Part shown: positions 8,032-14,496 of the stretch, piece by piece
Layout: every line of letters begins with the position of its first letter
Position numbering within the stretch: the first letter of the stretch is position 1
IMG/VR virus record: IMGVR_UViG_3300032217_000984
Origin: a virus
Direction: 5' to 3' (one strand)
DNA length: 16,215 bases
The notes under the pieces: model-generated
What the model was told of the DNA's origin: nothing
Database searches by the model: none
The model's input: the letters and a program-made list of their open reading frames with translations, nothing else
Position numbers and translations under genes: made by a program

Positions 8032-8948
8032 TGGGCATTGTGCAAGTCATCGAACGGGTAAACAGCCGAACATGGAATCTCCAGCAGAAAGGCACGGAAT
8101 GCAGTGTCACGTGCACATATTTGGCGAGCTGGCTTCCAAGCAGTGCCGGCGATCCATACCCAGGCGAAGGCACCATCTTTGTCGATTCAAACTTTCCGAA
8201 GCCAACCACTAGGGCTCCGGCAAGTCTGCACGCAAACGATGCTTACGTGAAACAGATGATTTGCCGAACGGTGACCATGGCGCCGGAAACATCAAGGCCA
8301 TACACCTGGCAAGTTCAGGCCACCTACACTAGTAATTTCAACCCGTATTCCACTGGTGTATATGCGCGAATAACGAAATCAGCCAGCGAACGCACGCTCG
8401 GCCAATACCGCGAATTTACCTCCATTCCAACCAACGGCACGGTTGCCTTCCCACCGGCCGACATGGGCGGCAACAAACTCGACCTCCACGGCACGCCAAG
8501 GCCGCTGTCGGTGTCACAAGAGACGATCACGCTGGAATATCTCCATGACCGTACGACCTCAGCGACCAATACTGTGGCCGATCCGGATTGGTACACCTTT
8601 GGCTTGGCGCAAGGAACGCGCAATTCGGTAAACATGTTTAATGGCGTTTACGCGCCTGGCTCATTGCTTTACAAGGGTTGCCAGGCAACGCTTGAACAGG
8701 AGTCGTGGAGACTGGTACACGTTTGGCTATTCGATAACTACCAGCACCTTGAGCAAATCACTTGCCCAAACCCAACCGGCCAACCAGCGCTTGCTGCCAC
8801 TGGTACGTTCGATGGCGTCACCGGATTCATGCAGGCGACAAAAGTCGGCTGGTATCAACGCTATCCAACGCTCAGAAATCACTTGTCGATGCTTCCTGCA
8901 AACATCCAGACTGAACTGACCAGCGCGTACCCGGCGGTAGCACCATGA
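8031..8948 (+). CDS. Tail-tip protein (distal tail / hub candidate), no recognised family
   Basis: 305-aa ORF with a TAATG overlap on the tape measure gene. Function is assigned by position only. GC content is lower than in the head module. Confidence 0.45.
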   Translation: MGIVQVIERVNSRTWNLQQKGTECSVTCTYLASWLPSSAGDPYPGEGTIFVDSNFPKPTTRAPASLHANDAYVKQMICRTVTMAPETSRPYTWQVQATYTSNFNPYSTGVYARITKSASERTLGQYREFTSIPTNGTVAFPPADMGGNKLDLHGTPRPLSVSQETITLEYLHDRTTSATNTVADPDWYTFGLAQGTRNSVNMFNGVYAPGSLLYKGCQATLEQESWRLVHVWLFDNYQHLEQITCPNPTGQPALAATGTFDGVTGFMQATKVGWYQRYPTLRNHLSMLPANIQTELTSAYPAVAP

Positions 8949-9469
8949 CATACATGGACCCAATATTTAGCCAGGGATTGATGGGTAAGGCCAACAGCCA
9001 CGTTTGCAATGCCTGGACAAACGCTGCTCGGTTTGCGCAGAGCAGTGCTGAAGCTGTTGATTGGGCGCAGCAGCAGGCAAGACGTCCGCTGGTGATGGCG
9101 CGCGCACTTTGTCAGATTACCAATGCAAGCGTCATTCCAGGAAAGGTGAACCAGTGGAATTACACCATCAGCCTCTGGCACGTTCCTCCTCCGTCAGGAA
9201 CCGGCGGATACTTCCCACCTGCCGATACGTGGTTCACCACAACGAAGTGCAAGAACCTGCGCGAGTACTGGAACGACATAACAAACGTGGACGGCATGAG
9301 CTTGAGCTCGCCACCTGCGTCAATTGGACCGGTCGGAAGCTTTTGGACTGGGACACATTGGACTACGTCAGAGCTTCGTGCTCATGCTGAAGTTTCCATT
9401 GTCTACGACACTTCCGGAGAAGCCTACTTTTACTTCGATCGTCCAAACCCCATGAGGTGTACCGAGTAA
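8945..9469 (+). CDS. Tail-tip protein, no recognised family
   Basis: 174-aa ORF with an ATGA overlap on the upstream gene. Trp/Thr-rich. Function is assigned by position only. Confidence 0.4.
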   Translation: MTYMDPIFSQGLMGKANSHVCNAWTNAARFAQSSAEAVDWAQQQARRPLVMARALCQITNASVIPGKVNQWNYTISLWHVPPPSGTGGYFPPADTWFTTTKCKNLREYWNDITNVDGMSLSSPPASIGPVGSFWTGTHWTTSELRAHAEVSIVYDTSGEAYFYFDRPNPMRCTE

Positions 9470-9515
9470 TGCCGAACCTTCAGCTTGCTACCTACATTGG
9501 AACGGAGGTGCTCCA

Positions 9516-10865
9516 GTGATCCAAAACATGATGCGCAAAGCGATGTTTGGTGAACCGTCGCTCAACGGCCCCAAACTGTACGGCAGCACTCGGGCATCCA
9601 CGTTTGTCAAGGACCTTGCTTCCGGCGCTGACAGCCTGGACGTCGTATTCATCGGCGATAGTAACACCATGTCGGCGGTCGCCGGTTCTTGGGGCTACCA
9701 CAACGGAATAAGCGCAGCAATGAACGCCAGGGGATGGGCTTGCTATGGAACGGCTGTCTACCCAACAATGACAGGATGGACGCCCGCCGGTGGTGCGTAT
9801 TCGCTCGGCGGATGGCAGAGCAATTGTTACCTGATGCAACCAACCGGCAACCTTGCCAGCGGAAACGCGTCGGGTGGAGGTACGGCATACCAAACGTGGA
9901 CGCCTGGATCAAATTGGACGCGATACGGATCGTACACAGCGTCCCCGCCAGCAAAGGATGATTGGGCTTACATCGCTTCCGGAACGTACTCGGACAACTA
10001 CAACGCGGTCGAACTGTTTGCAGCGCATCCGCTCAACTCCAATTCGCTCACGCTGCACCACCGAATCATCTACGGCACGTTCACCTTTGGTACTGGATCG
10101 TTTCGGGGCCGCACCCGTGCGTACAACGACGGTACGGTGTACGCAACCGGGGCTTCGCAATCGACGCTTGGCGGTTCGTACTCCGTCAATGCGTACGAAT
10201 ACTCGTTCACGCCGCAGGGCGTGTATCTGAATTCCTCATGGAGCGGACCGACAGCTACTGGACCGTGCGCCATCCTGTCTCACAGCATCTACTGCAAGCG
10301 CAAGGGGTGGTCTGTCACCAGCCACGGCTACATTACTGGCGGCGACAGCACCACGATTGCCAGCGTGATTACGGGGATTGGGAATACCCCTTTGCAGAAT
10401 CAACTGCAAGAGCTACGCGCCAGGCAGATTTCCGCGGGGGGAACGGGGCGAGTGTTGATCGTGGCACACTCCGGAATCAACGGTGCGGACACATCGACCA
10501 CCTGGACGACTGCCCATCAGAACATTTGGGACACCTACAAGGCTGCATGGTCTGCGCTCGGATTTCCTGCCAATGATCTTGCAATGGTTTCGTTTGTTGG
10601 TGTTCAGAGGAACTCCGCGGACACAAGCAACAATTCGGCAAGCCTTGCTGCTGTTCGTGACGGAGCGAAGACGTTTGGATTGCAGGCAAATGGGCTCACC
10701 GTTGCCCACATGCCGTCGATCATCACGTACTCCGAGCTGATCGGTCCACCGTATCTCTATCAGACGGGAACTACTGGCGACGCCCATCTGTCGGGCGGTT
10801 CCGGCAGCACGACCGACGGCTACCGGGAAGTGTCCGACCGTCTACTTACGGCGTTGCTGGCATGA
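9516..10865 (+). CDS. GDSL/SGNH-type esterase-like protein (candidate receptor-modifying tail fibre, or alternatively a lytic enzyme)
   Basis: GTG start 7 nt after GGAGG (9504-9508). Block I-like VVFIGDSNT (GDS at nt 9654-9662), block III-like VAHSGINGAD and a C-terminal GDAHL. The D-x-H spacing is not the canonical DxxH. Confidence 0.5.
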   Translation: MIQNMMRKAMFGEPSLNGPKLYGSTRASTFVKDLASGADSLDVVFIGDSNTMSAVAGSWGYHNGISAAMNARGWACYGTAVYPTMTGWTPAGGAYSLGGWQSNCYLMQPTGNLASGNASGGGTAYQTWTPGSNWTRYGSYTASPPAKDDWAYIASGTYSDNYNAVELFAAHPLNSNSLTLHHRIIYGTFTFGTGSFRGRTRAYNDGTVYATGASQSTLGGSYSVNAYEYSFTPQGVYLNSSWSGPTATGPCAILSHSIYCKRKGWSVTSHGYITGGDSTTIASVITGIGNTPLQNQLQELRARQISAGGTGRVLIVAHSGINGADTSTTWTTAHQNIWDTYKAAWSALGFPANDLAMVSFVGVQRNSADTSNNSASLAAVRDGAKTFGLQANGLTVAHMPSIITYSELIGPPYLYQTGTTGDAHLSGGSGSTTDGYREVSDRLLTALLA

Positions 10866-11167
10866 AGCTTGCTGCGGCCATCATCGCGCTGTCGCTCGCC
10901 GGTTGCACCAACCACACCGCGGCTATTGCCCATTCGGCCATTGACGCCCGCCAGGCGTTGGGGTCCGCCATCGTCCACGTAGACGCCGCGCGCCGCGACC
11001 TGGACACGCTGCAGGCGTCCGTGGACGAAGTATCAATGCACGTTGCTTTTGTTTCGGACGACGAGAACCAGATTTATGCCACGCTGCAGTACGTTTCCGT
11101 GGCGGCAATTGTCATCGGCGGCGCAGCCGCCCTATACACCATTCGGAATTGGATACCAATCCCATGA
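10862..11167 (+). CDS. Lipoprotein with C-terminal transmembrane helix (u-spanin-like topology; alternatively Llp/Cor-like exclusion lipoprotein)
   Basis: Signal peptide plus lipobox MKLAAAIIALSLAG|C. Helical middle region. C-terminal hydrophobic LQYVSVAAIVIGGAAALYTI followed by RNWIPIP. ATGA overlaps at both ends. Confidence 0.6.
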   Translation: MKLAAAIIALSLAGCTNHTAAIAHSAIDARQALGSAIVHVDAARRDLDTLQASVDEVSMHVAFVSDDENQIYATLQYVSVAAIVIGGAAALYTIRNWIPIP

Positions 11168-11298
11168 ACCTGGCACCATGGCAATACACGATATGGATGG
11201 CGTCCCTGCTGCTCGTCACCTTCGCGTCGGGGTGCAGCATCGGGTTGACGGCAGGCCGTAAGCAGAAAGTGAAGGCATCGAATGCTCGCAAGCGCTGA
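11164..11298 (+). CDS. 44-aa single-pass membrane (or small lipo-) protein, not in the supplied ORF track
   Basis: Hand translation gives MNLAPWQYTIWMASLLLVTFASGCSIGLTAGRKQKVKASNARKR*. Its ATG overlaps the upstream stop (ATGA). It has a hydrophobic core, then a basic tail, and ASGC is a weak lipobox. Confidence 0.45.
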   Translation: MNLAPWQYTIWMASLLLVTFASGCSIGLTAGRKQKVKASNARKR

Positions 11299-11395
11299 AA
11301 GTCTCCTGGGCAGTCTCGCATTCGCGGCTGCGATGGCCCTGTCCGGCCTGATCGCCGGATACCTGGTCTGCCGGCGGAGCAAGGAAACGAAGTGA
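11282..11395 (+). CDS. 37-aa single-pass membrane protein, not in the supplied ORF track
   Basis: Hand translation gives MLASAESLLGSLAFAAAMALSGLIAGYLVCRRSKETK*. It overlaps the upstream micro-ORF by 17 nt, and its stop overlaps the GTG of the next gene (GTGA). One TM helix plus a basic tail. Confidence 0.4.
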   Translation: MLASAESLLGSLAFAAAMALSGLIAGYLVCRRSKETK

Positions 11396-12219
11396 GCAGA
11401 AAACGCTGCTGCTGCGGAGGATCTCCACCACCGGCTTATCCGTGCCAGCCGTGCCCGTCTGGCGAAGGGCACGAATGGATCGTGCAAGTCATCACTGATG
11501 GCATCATTGGTGACAGCGCAGGCTATGGCGTTGTAAATGACATCGACTATTACCAATCATGTCTGGCCGGTGACTGCGGTCGCCGGATGTTTGTCAGGCG
11601 TGGCGGATCAAATACGGATCTATCGTTTTGCGATGAAGTGTGCGATTCCATCGTGGATAGTCCTGGTGCATCTGACGCTGGTGACCACACGATCAGATGG
11701 TCATTCTGTAGCGTGGTAAACCCTACGGACTTACCAGGTAGTCCGTACCTACCAGACATCCTCAACGACCAGGAGGGAGCCGTGACAATTGAAGCTGTGC
11801 TTCCAAACCGGCAGTGGGATTTCACCAATTGTGTACCTTTTGGTGGCGGCATCCCTGGAGAGGATTGCGCGACCATTATCAAAGTGTCTTTTACGTATTC
11901 CGATACGTTCACTTATCCGCAATGGGATGACGTAGGCGACGGTTGTTTCAGCACGACTCGCACCATCACCATGCCGACGCAAGTTTGGACTTGTTGGTAC
12001 GCACGCCGCGTCGCAGCTGGGCAGTTTTTTGCAGAGGGCACGTACTACCTGCTGCGTTGCGAATATCCAGCCGCGTACGACACAGTGGGCGGAAACCCGC
12101 CGTTCTACAAGTGCCGGATCGGCAACGGCGTGGTTTGTTCGTCCCAGCACGGCGTTTCAATATCACCACCGACCATATGGAAACCACCCGCCAACATCAA
12201 CCTGGTGCGCCTCTCCTGA
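11392..12219 (+). CDS. Cysteine-rich protein of unknown function (17 Cys in 275 aa; N-terminal RKRCCCGG)
   Basis: Long ORF coupled to the upstream membrane micro-ORFs. I recognise no family. Paired Cys spacings are CQPC, C..DC and C...C. Confidence 0.55.
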   Translation: MSRKRCCCGGSPPPAYPCQPCPSGEGHEWIVQVITDGIIGDSAGYGVVNDIDYYQSCLAGDCGRRMFVRRGGSNTDLSFCDEVCDSIVDSPGASDAGDHTIRWSFCSVVNPTDLPGSPYLPDILNDQEGAVTIEAVLPNRQWDFTNCVPFGGGIPGEDCATIIKVSFTYSDTFTYPQWDDVGDGCFSTTRTITMPTQVWTCWYARRVAAGQFFAEGTYYLLRCEYPAAYDTVGGNPPFYKCRIGNGVVCSSQHGVSISPPTIWKPPANINLVRLS

Positions 12220-12254
12220 CCCGCCTCCGCTACCGGTGGAAGGGCGAAGAGCAG

Positions 12255-12458
12255 ATGCGGTGCTTTCACATCGTGGAAGGCGAACCCGTGGCTGCCGATT
12301 GTCCGCCAAAGTTCACCGGCCTGGGCGACGTGATCGCCGACGGCACAAAGGCGCTCGGGGTACACCCGTGCGGCAAGTGCAAGAAACGCCAGGCGTGGCT
12401 GAACCGCTGGACGCCCGCCTGGCTGGCAGGTCTGATATCGCGGATTCGTTCCCGTTGA
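12255..12458 (+). CDS. 67-aa CxxC mini-protein with amphipathic/hydrophobic C-terminus
   Basis: Internal ATG 12255 of the 11943..12458 frame, preceded by GGAAGGGCGAAGAG. Sequence MRCFHIVEGEP...GLGDVIADGTKALGVHPCGKCKKRQAWLNRW. The upstream part of that frame overlaps the Cys-rich gene and looks non-coding. Confidence 0.45.
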   Translation: MRCFHIVEGEPVAADCPPKFTGLGDVIADGTKALGVHPCGKCKKRQAWLNRWTPAWLAGLISRIRSR

Positions 12459-12459
12459 A

Positions 12460-12858
12460 TTGTGGTGGATTGTGGTGCAGATTGACTACAATCCTGGAAT
12501 GAATCCAAGCATCCGGACGGCTATGGAAAGACGCGACGCCACCAGGGGCGAATGGTGGCTGGCGCGCATGGATACAGACCCGCCAGGCCAATGGACGCTG
12601 ACGGCAGACCCGGCTGGCCCGTGGGATTGGCGTTTCAAGGTGGGGTCTTGCAAGTCGCGCGCGGTGCAACGCCTGCGCGCAGCTGCAGATAGGGAAGCGA
12701 ATAACAGGCGCAGGTTACTGGCCACGCCTGAACACGCAAAAAAGTGTGTTACGGGGCAGGGAAATCTACTTGCAATTCCGGGACTGACCGATACTATCTC
12801 CGCCAAGCGCGGATTGCACCAGTTTGCGGTGGATGCTGATAACGTTGTCCCTGTTTAA
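12460..12858 (+). CDS. Hypothetical protein (start uncertain: TTG 12460, GTG 12472/12475 or ATG 12499)
   Basis: 132-aa ORF, Trp/Arg-rich. Last gene before the AT-richer intergenic gap. No family recognised. Confidence 0.4.
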   Translation: MWWIVVQIDYNPGMNPSIRTAMERRDATRGEWWLARMDTDPPGQWTLTADPAGPWDWRFKVGSCKSRAVQRLRAAADREANNRRRLLATPEHAKKCVTGQGNLLAIPGLTDTISAKRGLHQFAVDADNVVPV

Positions 12859-12932
12859 CAGATTGCAATTTATCATAACACGCATCCCACCACTTTAGCG
12901 AACCTTTCCGCGCTCCAGCCATTGGAGCGAAG
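12859..12932 (+). promoter_or_regulatory. Largest intergenic gap; candidate early promoter/operator region
   Basis: It is the AT-richest stretch of the window. It contains the ATTGCAAT palindrome (12862-12869), a TATCAT -10-like hexamer (12871-12876) with no well-spaced -35, and a GCTCCA-GCCAT-TGGAGC hairpin (12912-12928) covering the GGAG RBS of the RHH gene. Confidence 0.3.
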
Positions 12933-13148
12933 ATGAACGGACACGATGAAAGGAAGACGCGGAAGCGCCGACGGGCCGCAGTTCTTGCGGCAGAACCAGC
13001 GAAGCAGATCAGGATTGGGGAATCGGTCTATCAGTCGCTGATTGCCGAAGCGGTGGTTGCCAAGCGCAGCGTGCGTGGCCAGGCTGAATACCTGATCACG
13101 ATGGGCATCCAGCGCGCGCTAGAACTGGAAACGCGGGGTGCCGCGTGA
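12933..13148 (+). CDS. Ribbon-helix-helix (Arc/MetJ/CopG-like) DNA-binding protein
   Basis: 71 aa with a basic N-terminal arm (RKTRKRRR), then IRIGESVYQSLIAEAVVAKRSVRGQAEYLITMGI, which fits a strand-helix-helix pattern. First gene of the replication block. Confidence 0.55.
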   Translation: MNGHDERKTRKRRRAAVLAAEPAKQIRIGESVYQSLIAEAVVAKRSVRGQAEYLITMGIQRALELETRGAA

Positions 13149-13918
13149 GTGCCATCCAGTTGCACAGCCCGATGGAACTGCACACCCGCAACCAGCAGGC
13201 AATCACTGCCGTGCGGGAGGTGGTGCAGACCCACTACATGAACCGCATCCAGGGGCGCGCCTACCTCATGGTGGCAGGGGCGCAGGCTATTGCCACCGCC
13301 CTGGGCTACACGACGGGCATCGAATCGGTGCGGCATATTCCGGCCACCGATGACCTGCCGGGCTACTGGGAAGCCACCGCCACCGTCATGCAGTCGGGGC
13401 AGGTGGTCGGGCGTGGCGTCGCAGCTGTGTTCGACGACGAACGCCCGTGGAACACCCGCCCACACTTCGCACGCCAGGCGATGGCGCAGACCCGCGCAAC
13501 CGGCCGAGCGTTGAAGGGCGTCATGGGCTGGGCGTGCGCCATGATCGGCGCAGAAACGTCACTGGCTGAGGAGATGCCGCAGGAAGGCGCTACGGTGCCC
13601 CAGGATGGCACGGAAGGCGTCAAGCGCATTCCGGCCCGTCCGGCTGCTCTGAAAGTGTCTAAAGGCAATGCTGGGGCGACACGCGAGATTCGCGGAATTT
13701 GTGCGGGAGTCAAGGAACTGACCAGCAAGGCCGGGAAGCCGTACTGGCGAATTGCCTTGGAGGGGGAACCCGGCAAGCCGGACCCCGAGTGGACTTCCTT
13801 TAAGCCGGTGCCGGACATGGCTGGCCGCATGGTCAAGGTGGTGCTGGAATCGAAGGTCAACGCGAAAGGGGAGTCTGGCGACATTGCCCTGGACGTGATT
13901 GATTTGGAGGTTGACTGA
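13145..13918 (+). CDS. Possible single-strand annealing / recombination protein (RecT/ERF-like motif) with C-terminal OB-like domain
   Basis: The FARQAMAQTRATGRALKGV segment resembles the conserved helix of phage annealases (compare the RecT AMAKKTAIRRLFK-type motif). A nuclease gene follows. This is a weak, motif-level call. Confidence 0.3.
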   Translation: MSAIQLHSPMELHTRNQQAITAVREVVQTHYMNRIQGRAYLMVAGAQAIATALGYTTGIESVRHIPATDDLPGYWEATATVMQSGQVVGRGVAAVFDDERPWNTRPHFARQAMAQTRATGRALKGVMGWACAMIGAETSLAEEMPQEGATVPQDGTEGVKRIPARPAALKVSKGNAGATREIRGICAGVKELTSKAGKPYWRIALEGEPGKPDPEWTSFKPVPDMAGRMVKVVLESKVNAKGESGDIALDVIDLEVD

Positions 13919-14496
13919 TGCGGTGGACGCCTGAATACGTGCTAGACGGCGCGGATCAGGTGTATTGCCGCACCACGGCGACGAATCGCCACGCGGTGCG
14001 TCGGGCTTCCTACTTGGCTGATCGCGGAGTGACGCGTCAGTGGAAGACGGAAGGCGAGCAGCTGCGCGTTGATTTCGTCGGCGTCGGCGGTGAATTGTGC
14101 GTCCGAAAGTGCTTGGAAATGCCACAGCAGTGGGATGACCGGGAAACCGAAGGGCGACACGACCTGATCTACCAGGGCCACCGCATCGACGTGAAGACAA
14201 CCACCAATTCCGATCCTTGGCTGATCGTGCGGAAGACGGCGTTGCACGTGGACGCCTATGTGCTGGTGAATTACTGCGATGGACGGTTTAGGGTCTGCGG
14301 TTGGCAGACTGAAAGAATGGTCAAAAGTGAAGAGAACACCTGGAAGTGGGAACACGCCTACACCCTCAAAGAGCAGGCGCTTCGATGCATCACAGAATTG
14401 CGAGAGTGGGCAGGGGCGGATCCACCCAGGGCAGATATTTGCCCTGGGGGCTGCCTTGACGCCTACCGAAAGGTACGTGGCGATTGCGCTGGCTGA
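13918..14496 (+). CDS. PD-(D/E)xK superfamily nuclease
   Basis: GVGGELCV ... HDLIY ... IDVKT gives the E / D / (D/E)xK arrangement of restriction-endonuclease-fold nucleases. TGATG overlap with the upstream gene. Confidence 0.5.
   Translation: MRWTPEYVLDGADQVYCRTTATNRHAVRRASYLADRGVTRQWKTEGEQLRVDFVGVGGELCVRKCLEMPQQWDDRETEGRHDLIYQGHRIDVKTTTNSDPWLIVRKTALHVDAYVLVNYCDGRFRVCGWQTERMVKSEENTWKWEHAYTLKEQALRCITELREWAGADPPRADICPGGCLDAYRKVRGDCAG

Noticed and set aside
11943-12254. The upstream part of the 171-aa ORF 11943..12458. The same issue applies to 14872..15060, 15728..15880 and 2909..2989.
   Set aside because: These N-terminal extensions overlap the preceding well-supported genes in another frame. 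Internal starts that overlap or abut the upstream stop codon (12255, 15061, 15881, 2990) give the coherent proteins.
14279-14455. ATG 14279 as the start of the replication initiator, as in the ORF track.
   Set aside because: It would overlap the PD-(D/E)xK nuclease gene by 218 nt, and the extra 59-66 residues are R/S/G/P-rich with no structure-like pattern. In-frame TTG 14456 or GTG 14477, both with upstream purine-rich motifs, fit the compact coupled architecture better.
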